A program made the translations under genes and the position numbers. The notes under the pieces were generated by a model. The model did no database searches. It was not told the origin of the DNA and was given only the letters and a program-made list of their open reading frames with translations. A stretch of DNA of 64,000 nt from Candidatus Bathyarchaeota archaeon (GTDB lineage: Archaea; Thermoproteota; Bathyarchaeia; TCS64): assembly GCA_963769425.1 (NCBI GenBank), contig CAVYLP010000004.1, positions 352,494 through 416,493 on the forward strand, written 5' to 3'. Below are positions 1 through 8,856 of the stretch, one piece after another (the first letter of the stretch is position 1; each line of letters opens with the position of its first letter).

Positions 1-173
1 TGTTGGACAATTCCTTTGGAAAAGTGTTTTGATGTATTGGAAGAGATTATTAAATAATATTTTTAATAACAATATAGGAGTAGTCCCACTTTACTTGCGA
101 GCAAGATTTCGATCACTCTCTGAGTAAATTTTGGAAAAAAGTTAAAAGATAGTTCAGGGCGTGCATCATTAGA

Positions 174-542
174 ATGAACGGACTAGAATTCGACACGTCA
201 CAATCAGGCTTCAATGCTGTTCTGAAGGACTGGCAGCTCAAGGCTATGAAGGTTGTCTGGGCTTCTCCAGAGGGCGCTAATAGTAGGACGGTTTGGATTA
301 AGGTGAACCAAGCTCTTCACGGCGAGACCATCTCTAGAGCCAGCATCATCAACTTCCTCGAGGCGATGCGAGAGATGGGTGTGATCTCGGGTGAGGAGAA
401 GACGGGTAAGGGTGGCCATCACTGGGTCTACTTCCCTAAGCTGGATGAGACCGGGTTCAAGAAGTATATTGTAGAGAAGATGTTAGAAATCCTGATGCGC
501 GACTTCCCAGATGAGACTAGGCAGATTATTAAAAAACTTTAA
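174..542 (+). CDS. BlaI/MecI/CopY-like winged-helix regulator (paralog A)
   Basis: 122-aa ORF with a wHTH-like core (SRASIINFLEAMREMGVISGEEKTGKGGHHWVY). Roughly 60% aa identity by eye to the inverted ORF 17415..17786. Confidence 0.55.
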   Translation: MNGLEFDTSQSGFNAVLKDWQLKAMKVVWASPEGANSRTVWIKVNQALHGETISRASIINFLEAMREMGVISGEEKTGKGGHHWVYFPKLDETGFKKYIVEKMLEILMRDFPDETRQIIKKL

Positions 543-1219
543 ACCTGAACGGCGCAGAAGCAGAGTACGCCGTGGTCGGATTATTAAGCTCGATCTGCGA
601 GTAACATATCAGGCCTCGCCGAATCGGCAAGGACCCCGGGTCATCGTGAGGTATGGAACAGTCGTGGAACTATGGTTGTTGCTCTCGATCACAGTCGTAG
701 TGATACTCGTCCCCTTCCTCAAGGGCAGGAAGGACAGAAAATTCGCTCGACGAAAGGCGGCGGCTATCATAGCGGCAGCCTGATCTTGTTCGTCCTCAGT
801 GGCCTCTTTTTAGCAAACATCCTCCTCAATCTCGTCGAGAGCTTCCCATACCAATTAGGTGCAGCCCTGACCTTAATTACCTCCCCGACGCTTATGTTGT
901 CAGGAATCGTCACATACATCGCATCTCCATAAAAAAAGAAGCCCGATGTTCACATCATCTCGACGATAAAACACAGTGTGAAGAGCCCGCCTTGAATGGT
1001 GAGAAAGGCCTATGTGTTTTTCATAATGAGGCTGGGAAAACATACGCCACTGACATCAGGAGCAGAGTTTTGATCCTTCTTAAAGTACAAAGTTTTGGAG
1101 TGAAGGATTATAATTTTATAATAATTAGTTAAATATACTAAAAAAAGTAATTAGAAACCGATATATTCTATCATATTTCAGAAGTACATAGCCAGGATAT
1201 TTAGTCACAATATTCCAAG

Positions 1220-1630
1220 ATGGAGAGAATCGACTTGACTTGGGGAAATACTGACAATCTCAAAGATCTAGTTTGGTTATTATGCGACCTACAACCTCAT
1301 AGTAAAACCATTATTAGGCATGGATGGAGAACAGGTCTTCCCCAGGAAAAGGCTCCGATATGGGTTTTTTGCCCTCTTCTAAGATCAAACTTCCCAAGAG
1401 ATCGAGAGTTAATCGAAAAATGTGAAAAGTGTTCTCATTGTAAAGGCCTAGGATTTCCCAATAGCGGAGTGGAAGATAACTCGAGAATGACATCGAATCT
1501 AAAAACGATTAAAAAAGAAACGAGTACTTCTAAAAGAGTATTCAGTAAAGAAGAGCTGGAGAGAGCCGAGCACCTCAGCAAGATAGAAGATCAGGAATGG
1601 CTCGATGAGGAGAAGAAGCTGCAGGGATAA
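1220..1630 (+). CDS. Hypothetical Cys-containing protein
   Basis: 136-aa ORF with a CEKCSHC motif and a Lys/Glu-rich tail. No family recognised. Confidence 0.3.
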   Translation: MERIDLTWGNTDNLKDLVWLLCDLQPHSKTIIRHGWRTGLPQEKAPIWVFCPLLRSNFPRDRELIEKCEKCSHCKGLGFPNSGVEDNSRMTSNLKTIKKETSTSKRVFSKEELERAEHLSKIEDQEWLDEEKKLQG

Positions 1631-1716
1631 CTTTTTCATTGCAGCAACGTCAGTGGTTTAATGATTAGAATAATATAACGTAAATTTTCGATAGGCTACA
1701 GTCACATTTTAATGGA

Positions 1717-1959
1717 TCAAGTTGTCGTAGACTGTTCGCATGGAATTTTCTTAGTAACTCGACTCCTTATTTTGGCGTCCCACTCCTCCATGACACCATA
1801 GTCAATCATTGTCGTCATACCCGCAATTGCTGCTCTCAAACTGACACCAACCAAGGGTATTTCGGCCACCGTTATAATGAGGTCAGCGTGCAAGATCACT
1901 CCTTTTTCCAGGATCAAATCTAAGAGATCTACCAAAGCTCCTTCTCTTGTAGGCTCCAT
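1717..1959 (-). CDS. gvpM: Gas vesicle protein GvpM (GvpA/J/M family)
   Basis: 80 aa. LVDLLDLILEKGVILHADLIITVAEIPLVGVSLRAAIAGMTTM matches the GvpA-family core and the GvpM-type LRAAIAGMTTM segment. It is the last gene of the minus-strand gvp operon. Confidence 0.8.
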   Translation of the reverse strand: MEPTREGALVDLLDLILEKGVILHADLIITVAEIPLVGVSLRAAIAGMTTMIDYGVMEEWDAKIRSRVTKKIPCEQSTTT

Positions 1960-1963
1960 GGTT

Positions 1964-3883
1964 TTAGGCCTCCTCCTCGAGTTCTAGCATTAATAGCGCC
2001 TCCCTGAGATGCTTAACCTCAGATTCAACTTTCCTGCCAGATTCTGTCTTAATCTTCCTAATTGAATTCTCAATTAGAGTCCGGTTTTTATTCGACTTAC
2101 CGCTTGGAAATCTGAGTGCTGAGGAAGCTAGAAGACTCATACGTTCCACAGTATTCGCCTTTGACTTTGAGACTTCAACTATGTTAGTCAGTGCATCTGA
2201 TGATTTTTTCATTTCCTTAATGTTTTCGTTTGTAATGGAGATCTCTAGTCTGCTCATAGCCTCCAAATAACCTATCTTCTCCTTCTCAGTGAGGGATTTT
2301 TCTACATCCTCGAATAGCCTTTTAGCACCGAATAAAATAGCCTTGGCATTTTCCGCGGATTTAATATCTGCCACTACTTTAGAGTCTGCATCATCGAATT
2401 TTGTAGCCTCGATGATTTTTAAAGCAATTTCACTCTCTGTAATCTCTTTTGCACTTCTGACGGGGACATCATAACATAACCCGGTCGATAGTACCTCAGC
2501 GGAGACTTTGAGGATACCATCCGCGTCGACTTTAAAGGCGACTTCAACCTCCTGTCCAAACCTAGGTGCAGGTGGGATACCATCTATCTTCAGTAATCCC
2601 AAAGAGGTATTGCCACGTGCAACATCCCTCTCACCCTGTAGAACATGGATGATCATTGTTGATTGTTGGTCTTCTTCCGTAGAAAAATTCCGTCTCGCTA
2701 ACGTCGGAATAGTTGTGTTTCTCTGGATCAACCTGGTAAATATTCCTCCAGCAGTCTCCACGCCAAGAGAGAGAGGTATAACATCCATTAGTAGCATATC
2801 CCTTATCTCGCCGCTCATGATGATACCCTGTGTTAGGGCTCCCATTGCCACAACGTTCATTGGGTCTATGCCCTCCTCCGCCTCTCTCCCGAAGATCTTG
2901 AGGATTTGTCTACGCACCACTGGCATCTTCGTAGGGCCTCCGACTAGCACCAGCTTGTCGATATCCTCGATAGATAGTGATGAGTCTTCGAGAGCTTGCA
3001 TGATTGGCTGACGCAGTCTATTGGTCAACCCAGCAACTAGTAATTCGAGTCTACTACGGGTTAAGACCAATCTTGGTTTTAGTATCTTATCTCCAATAGA
3101 CAGTATGGGGGTAACCGTGACTCTCTCAAGACTGGAGAGTTTTATCTTCATTTGTTCCGCTGCATCTCGGAGTGTGTTCAGGCTTTGGGGATCCGAGCTC
3201 AAATCTATGGAACACTTTCTCTCTATTTCCTTGATGAGGTAGTTGAGGATGGCATCGTCCATATCCTTCCCTCCGAGAACAGTGTCTCCACAGGTTGATC
3301 GAACTTTGAAGATCCCCTGCCTCATCTCCAGTATTGTGATGTCGAAGGTTCCGGCTCCGAGATCGAGCACGGCGATGTCAAGATCTGCGTCTCTTTGGTT
3401 AAGGCCGTAAGCAAGTGCCGCTGCTGTGGGTTCGCTCACGATCCTTAGTACATTGAATCCGGCGAGCTCCCCCGCCTGTCTAGTCGCATTACGCTGACTA
3501 TTATTGAAGTAGGCGGGCACCGTGATCACAGCCTGGTTAATTGTCTCCCCGATGAATCTCTCGGAGTCGAGCTTAATCTTCTTCAAGATGAACGAGGAAA
3601 TTACCTGTGGCGTATACGATACACCGTCGACATTGAAGGTGTAATCAGAGCCCATTTGTCTCTTGACCCATCGGACGACCCTATCTGAATGAACATTAGA
3701 GTATTCTAGAGCCTTCTTACCCACGACTACTTCGCCGTCCTCTCTAAAGGCTACTGCAGATAGGAACATTTTACCATGAGCAGTCTCCCCATCCTCCGAG
3801 GGCACGACCCTGATCTTTCCATCCTTTAAAATAGCGGCTGAAGAGTTGCTGGTCCCAAGATCGATACCCAACGTACGTTTCAA
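1964..3883 (-). CDS. Hsp70/DnaK-family chaperone embedded in the gvp operon
   Basis: 639 aa with a TTG start preceded by AAGGTGA. Hsp70 signatures GIDLGTSNS, DLGAGTFDITIL and LVLVGGPTKMPVV, plus a full substrate-binding domain (DVIPLSLGVETAGG...). Lies 11 nt downstream of the J-domain gene and 4 nt upstream of gvpM. Confidence 0.9.
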   Translation of the reverse strand: MKRTLGIDLGTSNSSAAILKDGKIRVVPSEDGETAHGKMFLSAVAFREDGEVVVGKKALEYSNVHSDRVVRWVKRQMGSDYTFNVDGVSYTPQVISSFILKKIKLDSERFIGETINQAVITVPAYFNNSQRNATRQAGELAGFNVLRIVSEPTAAALAYGLNQRDADLDIAVLDLGAGTFDITILEMRQGIFKVRSTCGDTVLGGKDMDDAILNYLIKEIERKCSIDLSSDPQSLNTLRDAAEQMKIKLSSLERVTVTPILSIGDKILKPRLVLTRSRLELLVAGLTNRLRQPIMQALEDSSLSIEDIDKLVLVGGPTKMPVVRRQILKIFGREAEEGIDPMNVVAMGALTQGIIMSGEIRDMLLMDVIPLSLGVETAGGIFTRLIQRNTTIPTLARRNFSTEEDQQSTMIIHVLQGERDVARGNTSLGLLKIDGIPPAPRFGQEVEVAFKVDADGILKVSAEVLSTGLCYDVPVRSAKEITESEIALKIIEATKFDDADSKVVADIKSAENAKAILFGAKRLFEDVEKSLTEKEKIGYLEAMSRLEISITNENIKEMKKSSDALTNIVEVSKSKANTVERMSLLASSALRFPSGKSNKNRTLIENSIRKIKTESGRKVESEVKHLREALLMLELEEEA

Positions 3884-3894
3884 GCAACTTCACC

Positions 3895-4881
3895 TTAAGA
3901 TAGGACCCGACGACCTGCCAGGGAGACGATCAGCCTGTCTTCAACTAGCTGGTCATCGGTATTGCAGGGATAATTCTCGCAGTACTCGACTAAGAGATCT
4001 CTAGCGCTTTTTAGGGCCCTGAACTCGTGTTCAGTATCTGGGCTTGTGTTATCGTCTGGGTGACAAAGCCGAATCAATTTCTTGAAAACGATTTCAACGT
4101 CAGATAATGAGAAAGGGTCATCTAAACCTAGGAGTTTCTTTGCCTTTGATACCTGCTCGAAACTAACTTTTTTTACACTGAGATTAACGAAATCGTAGGG
4201 AGGTAGTGGTGTAACACATCGGAATTTGAGCACCTCCTGGTAAGCATCTTCCAGTTCATCTATTTTTAAGAGGAAATCGGTTGAATCCCTGTCTTTCACT
4301 AGGAATGAGTTGTTGAAAATCATATCGCTATTTTCAATCTTTCTCTCTTTGCATCCAATCGCTAGGGCATTCAAGGAGTTAAGGATCCCTGGGATCAGCT
4401 TCCTCTCCTCTGACGTGAGAGACTCTTTTATTCTTCGACCTAGCTCAATTTTTAATGCTACGCTATTAGGTGCCTCTTTGAGTTTCTCGAAGGATAACTT
4501 CACGTTCTTCTCATTCATGACGTTGGATAGAACTTGATTATTCCAAGAAACCCTGATATCCACCTGAAATGTTCCCCTTAAACGTTCGATTGTTTCCTTG
4601 AAGGGGATTAAACCCTGCTTCAAGATGTCTTTGATATCTTTTTCGTTTCTTGCGAATAGCCCAAAACCAACGGGCACCACCGAGCCCTCTTTCATAGCTC
4701 GTAAAATGACTTTTTCATGTGTCAAAGCATCTACTGGCTTCATTTCTTCCGTGTCAGGAAATTGACTTGATAATATGCAGATTTCTTTAAATGAGATCGT
4801 TGAAACCTCGGCTCCACGAATTCCAATATTTCCTAAGCTGTGATTTCTAGGTTCACTCGCTACACAGTAGATGTAGTTCAT
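3895..4881 (-). CDS. GvpF/L-family protein with C-terminal J-domain
   Basis: 328 aa. The N-terminus (MNYIYCVAS...) and PLPPYDFV near residue 226 are typical of GvpF/L. Residues about 241-301 read LLGLDDPFSLSDVEIVFKKLIRLCHPDDN...EFRALKSARDLLVEY, a J-domain pattern with the HPD codons at 4054-4062. There is a 4-nt start/stop overlap with the upstream gvpF/L. Confidence 0.8.
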   Translation of the reverse strand: MNYIYCVASEPRNHSLGNIGIRGAEVSTISFKEICILSSQFPDTEEMKPVDALTHEKVILRAMKEGSVVPVGFGLFARNEKDIKDILKQGLIPFKETIERLRGTFQVDIRVSWNNQVLSNVMNEKNVKLSFEKLKEAPNSVALKIELGRRIKESLTSEERKLIPGILNSLNALAIGCKERKIENSDMIFNNSFLVKDRDSTDFLLKIDELEDAYQEVLKFRCVTPLPPYDFVNLSVKKVSFEQVSKAKKLLGLDDPFSLSDVEIVFKKLIRLCHPDDNTSPDTEHEFRALKSARDLLVEYCENYPCNTDDQLVEDRLIVSLAGRRVLS

Positions 4882-5669
4882 TTACCGACCACCCTATCGC
4901 TACCAGAAAAGACAAAGGAGTAGGGTGGCCAAGGGCCAGTGAACTTTACGGTTAAACCATCTTTCTCGATGAAGGTTGAGAGCATTTTTCCGAGAGGCTT
5001 GACGTTCTCCGTATTAACGAGGCATGAAATTTTTAGTATCATTTGGGATTTTTCTTCGAGTGATGGAGTCTCCTGATGAACCTCATCGGAAAAAACCTTA
5101 ATCTTCTGAAATTTCTCCTCGGCAATGGCTCGAGCTTCCACCTCCCTGAAGACTCTTGTTTTCTGCTCCAGTTTTTTTTGCAGGAGGTATGATGCACCCT
5201 TCGGTTTATTCTCTAGAGCTTCCTTGAGAGCAGATACTTCGGGGTGTTTATTGACAAGTTCTCCGAGGACGCCATCATCTATGCTGATCTTAATGCTATA
5301 CTCCGCTTTATTTTTGAACGTCTCTAGTAGACTAATCAGTCTGTCATGCTCCTCATTGAGCCAATTAATCACCTCTTCGTCTCCTCCCTTGAAGATTGTG
5401 TTAAACTTCAGGGGAACAACGGTCTCGTAACGATGCATCGCGAGGTCAACGATATTTTGGTGGGACATCACCCACTCTCTCGCAATTTTATCATCAGTGG
5501 TATCATATGGTTCGGAGCTGCATTGGTGAACGATTCCGCTGATACCGTTGGTCGAGACGGAGTGAACTTGTTGTCCGTTTATTCCAGGGAAACTCAGATC
5601 TCTCTCTTTCGGAATATGATTTGTGACACAGTAGAGATATGTTCCAAGTCCACTGGTCCCATTACCCAA
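4878..5669 (-). CDS. Gas vesicle protein GvpF/L family
   Basis: 263 aa with the GTYLYCV N-terminal motif and a C-terminal GPWPPYSF motif. Overlaps both neighbours. Confidence 0.85.
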   Translation of the reverse strand: MGNGTSGLGTYLYCVTNHIPKERDLSFPGINGQQVHSVSTNGISGIVHQCSSEPYDTTDDKIAREWVMSHQNIVDLAMHRYETVVPLKFNTIFKGGDEEVINWLNEEHDRLISLLETFKNKAEYSIKISIDDGVLGELVNKHPEVSALKEALENKPKGASYLLQKKLEQKTRVFREVEARAIAEEKFQKIKVFSDEVHQETPSLEEKSQMILKISCLVNTENVKPLGKMLSTFIEKDGLTVKFTGPWPPYSFVFSGSDRVVGK

Positions 5670-5988
5670 TTTTCCTTACCTCCCTCGAGGATTGAGGATT
5701 CACTAAGTCAATACTGTCTTCAACCAGCTTATTCAGTTCACCGCGGACATTCCTAACGACATCTGTAAGATTATTCTCAATTTTTATCAAATCTATTGCT
5801 TTATCTAACTCAATTAGACTCAATCCAAGTCTATCTATCTCATCATCAGTTAGCTGTAAACTATCCATTCTCCTTACTGCCTCTTTCTCAAGTACATCTT
5901 TTATTATCTCTACTAATGCGACAACCAATCCCAGTAGACCGGATTTAAGATTGTCCTCGTCTATTTTAATCATAGTTTTAAGCTCCAC
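5662..5988 (-). CDS. gvpK: Gas vesicle protein GvpK
   Basis: 108 aa. LKSGLLGLVVALVEIIKDVLEKEAVRRMDSLQLTDDEIDRLG matches the GvpK pattern. Confidence 0.85.
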   Translation of the reverse strand: MELKTMIKIDEDNLKSGLLGLVVALVEIIKDVLEKEAVRRMDSLQLTDDEIDRLGLSLIELDKAIDLIKIENNLTDVVRNVRGELNKLVEDSIDLVNPQSSREVRKIG

Positions 5989-6007
5989 TGTTGATTAAGA
6001 TTATTTC

Positions 6008-6355
6008 TTACTTCCAAATTTCTTGTTCTTTCCAGCCACACATACATTCATTTTTCTTTAGTGCGTTTTCGAAAATCTTTCCACAGTTGGGGCAAGCCTC
6101 TTTAGCTGCCAAAGCCTTCCAGGCTGGCGCGTTTAGGTTCGTCCCCGAAGGAAATTCGAGGCCGAATTTCGCCGCCGTCTCGAATGAAGCAAGTGCCGCC
6201 CTTATCTTAACTCCTAGAAGCTCCACACCAACGACACTTACCATAATGTCCGCGTTAATTACCAGACCTTTATCGAGGATCATACCGATAGCATCTGCAA
6301 GACCCGTTGGTCCTTCTTTTTCAGGGCTCAGGATTAGTTCATTTGTGTTCATCAA
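6008..6355 (-). CDS. gvpJ: Gas vesicle protein GvpJ (GvpA family) with Cys4 tail
   Basis: 115 aa with a GvpA-family core (LADAIGMILDKGLVINADIMVSVVGVELLGVKIRAALASFETAAKFG). The C-terminal tail reads CPNC-x12-CMC. Confidence 0.85.
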   Translation of the reverse strand: MMNTNELILSPEKEGPTGLADAIGMILDKGLVINADIMVSVVGVELLGVKIRAALASFETAAKFGLEFPSGTNLNAPAWKALAAKEACPNCGKIFENALKKNECMCGWKEQEIWK

Positions 6356-6468
6356 TCTCCCTCATCTTATTAACATTAGATTTCTATCTACTCTATCCAA
6401 GTCTATATCATACTTAAGTAATGCTAAATATTTTGATACGAATTCTGTTTCGAAATTCGAAATATTAA

Positions 6469-6783
6469 CTAATTTACTTTAACGTCGTTATGTATATCGT
6501 TAAGAAGATTAATTCTTAAAGAGTTTAAATTGTTAAGTTCTTCAATATCTCTTAATTTAAGGTTTAATTCTTTATTTTTTCTTACGTACTCTTCCCTTGT
6601 TATTTCTCCGAGCTCATAAAAGAGGCTATTTTCCTTCAAATTATCAAGTACCCATTTTTTTACTTCCTTTTGATAGGCCTCTTCTGCGTTACTCGAAATG
6701 GTTTCCATCAACCATATCATGTCAAATGGGGGAAGCGAGAGACCTACAGAGCGTAGCAGAATATCATCTATAAAAAAAACCAT
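6469..6783 (-). CDS. gvpG: Gas vesicle protein GvpG
   Basis: 104 aa. MVFFIDDILLRSVGLSLPP...GEITREEYVRKNKEL fits the GvpG pattern. Confidence 0.7.
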   Translation of the reverse strand: MVFFIDDILLRSVGLSLPPFDMIWLMETISSNAEEAYQKEVKKWVLDNLKENSLFYELGEITREEYVRKNKELNLKLRDIEELNNLNSLRINLLNDIHNDVKVN

Positions 6784-6795
6784 TCACATCAAGAC

Positions 6796-7602
6796 CTATC
6801 GCTTAAACTCTATGCCTTCTTTTCCGATCTTGATGTGAATAAAATTATAGGGTGCCCAAGGACCGCTATATAGAAGCTTCACCATCGGATACATCGATCT
6901 CAACCGAGCAACTTCCTCCGAGAACGGGGGTAAACTATCTTTCTTTACCAAGAATGATTCATTGAATAATAACCGGTCACTAAATAATTCACCAGACACC
7001 GATTTAATTGCCAAACATTTTAGAGGTTCAAGAATTTCAGTAGGTTTTAAATCTTGAGTGTCAGTTAGATCCTTCATAATTACCCCCTTAACTCCTAGCT
7101 CAACGCAATTCTCGACGGATCTAAGTGCCTCCGTGATGTGGGTACTCGCCTTTTCAAGGAGTTGCTTGAGAACTACTCCAGACTGGAGCACTGTTTCGAA
7201 CTCGGCTGGAATAACTGTATTAGATTCCAAGAGAAGTCGAAGTACCTCGTTATGTCTCTTCGCATTCGCTTCAGTGAGCTCATATTCCCCTTTTTCAGTG
7301 TCGCTTACGACGCCGGCTAAGCCTTCATATTGAATTACATAAACTTCTTCGTCGAGTATACCTATTTTCCCGAAATTCGCTTTTCCGTTATTGAATATTA
7401 TTGCGTAGAGGTATTTTCCGGATTGCATATTTCCAACATAGGTTACTTTTGCAGATCGATTTTCTTCATTAATTTTGATATCTGTTATAGTTTCAGTATC
7501 AGCAATAACTGTTCCCGATTCTTCACTTTTAGGTATTATCTTATAAGCTGTTTGTGTCTCCACCGTTGAGCTCAAAGTGAGTTCATTGTTAGGTTCAATC
7601 AA
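6796..7602 (-). CDS. Gas vesicle protein GvpF/L family with about 60-aa N-terminal extension
   Basis: 268 aa with GKYLYAIIFN and a C-terminal SGPWAPYNF. There is an 8-nt overlap with the upstream regulator gene. Confidence 0.8.
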   Translation of the reverse strand: MIEPNNELTLSSTVETQTAYKIIPKSEESGTVIADTETITDIKINEENRSAKVTYVGNMQSGKYLYAIIFNNGKANFGKIGILDEEVYVIQYEGLAGVVSDTEKGEYELTEANAKRHNEVLRLLLESNTVIPAEFETVLQSGVVLKQLLEKASTHITEALRSVENCVELGVKGVIMKDLTDTQDLKPTEILEPLKCLAIKSVSGELFSDRLLFNESFLVKKDSLPPFSEEVARLRSMYPMVKLLYSGPWAPYNFIHIKIGKEGIEFKR

Positions 7603-8491
7603 GCCATGGATCTCTCCTTCTGTTCGAATTTAGTCTTACTGTGTTGTCAACCAGTTGACCGGCTTCCATTTGAAGGTTCGATCTACTTTGAAGATAATTA
7701 TTTAACATTTTTCGGGCTTGTATTTGGTCAGAGATTAGTTGCTGTATTTCACTCTCGGATTCGCTAGTGGTTTTGTATATCCGCTCCTTTCCCATTCTCA
7801 TGGAAGAAAGTAGCCCCTTTTTCTGTAGAGAATCTAGTAGGGGATAGACGGCGCCTGGACTTAGTAGAACATTGAACTCCATATTTATCGTTTTCATTAT
7901 GTCTAACCCAGTCATCATTTTCTCCTGCATTAATGAGAGAATAATTATGTCCAAATTATCTTTCACATTCTTTTTTATGGAGTCATAAGATACCTGAAGC
8001 GATTCTATAAATTCTCCAGAAATGAGGGCCAGATCGTTCGTCGTTAGCTGTAAGAGAGTGTGAAGTTTGGAGAGTGGTTTGATCATTTGTTCAGATAAGG
8101 CGTTTATTCGATACGTGCAAAGGCATCTGATGGGATTCTTAGCGATTAATCCGATAATATTCTGTTCTCGCTCCCAGATCTGCTCATATGTCTGACTCGG
8201 TAGAGATCCTGTATCGATGATTAGACGTATCTTGGTTTTTTTATCTGATTCATCGTTCAGACTATTTAATCCATCGAAGCTAAGGACTTTCAAGTTAACA
8301 TTGGCTAAGTCTAATTCGTTTATGATTTTCCCTTGTTCGTCTGATGAAATTATTATTGCATCTTCATCGTCTTCCATAGAATCAAAAAAAGACTTGTGTA
8401 TTAGTTGTTTATTCACCTTTGATGAATATAGGTGTAAAATATGCTCTGAAGATTTAGTGTCTATAATACAACTTAAATCATTACTAATCAT
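7595..8491 (-). CDS. PadR-type wHTH regulator with N-terminal MEDS-like sensory domain
   Basis: 298 aa. The C-terminal half has the PadR signature (LLSPGAVYPLLDSLQKKGLL...ERIYKTT). The N-terminal about 170 aa (HILHLYSS...IRCLCTYRINAL...LHTLL) resembles a MEDS domain by eye only. Confidence 0.6.
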   Translation of the reverse strand: MISNDLSCIIDTKSSEHILHLYSSKVNKQLIHKSFFDSMEDDEDAIIISSDEQGKIINELDLANVNLKVLSFDGLNSLNDESDKKTKIRLIIDTGSLPSQTYEQIWEREQNIIGLIAKNPIRCLCTYRINALSEQMIKPLSKLHTLLQLTTNDLALISGEFIESLQVSYDSIKKNVKDNLDIIILSLMQEKMMTGLDIMKTINMEFNVLLSPGAVYPLLDSLQKKGLLSSMRMGKERIYKTTSESESEIQQLISDQIQARKMLNNYLQSRSNLQMEAGQLVDNTVRLNSNRRRDPWLD

Positions 8492-8566
8492 ATATATTCA
8501 TCCATCACTAGCAATTGGTTTCTCTTCCTGATATTGAATTATTAACTTTAACATTGTGAAAGTTCT

Positions 8567-8854
8567 TTATCCTGAGTAGTGATCAAAGCGTTTACGGATC
8601 AATATCTGCTTCCAGCCCAAAATCTTGCCACTTGCATTGAAGTTAACCTGGTAACGACTGAGAAGATCTTGAGAGTCGGGCATACCCTTTCTTTCGAGAG
8701 CCTCAACGATTACGTACCAGCCATCCTTGGACTCCTCGATACTTACAACCGTCTCAGCTTTACGTAGAATCGTATTTTTCACTATATCCATTGCTGACAT
8801 CACAAAAAATTCGATTGGGGGAGTATTCTGCATCATAGCTTCGTTACTTGACAA
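8567..8854 (-). CDS. gvpO: Gas vesicle protein GvpO
   Basis: 95 aa. VVSIEESKDGWYVIVEALERKGMPDSQDLLSRYQVNFNASGKILGWKQ fits the GvpO pattern. Starts 2 nt after the gvpN stop. Confidence 0.7.
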   Translation of the reverse strand: MSSNEAMMQNTPPIEFFVMSAMDIVKNTILRKAETVVSIEESKDGWYVIVEALERKGMPDSQDLLSRYQVNFNASGKILGWKQILIRKRFDHYSG

Positions 8855-8856
8855 GT

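Noticed and set aside
511-932. Two overlapping small ORFs (511..783, 672..932) with hydrophobic stretches downstream of the first wHTH gene.
   Set aside because: They are mutually overlapping in different frames with unclear starts. One or two short TM peptides are possible but cannot be supported.
2289-3242. Plus-strand ORFs 2289..2474, 2508..3011 and 3021..3242 inside the Hsp70 gene.
   Set aside because: They are antisense shadows of a gene with unambiguous Hsp70 motifs. They are Ser/Leu-rich with no recognisable domains.
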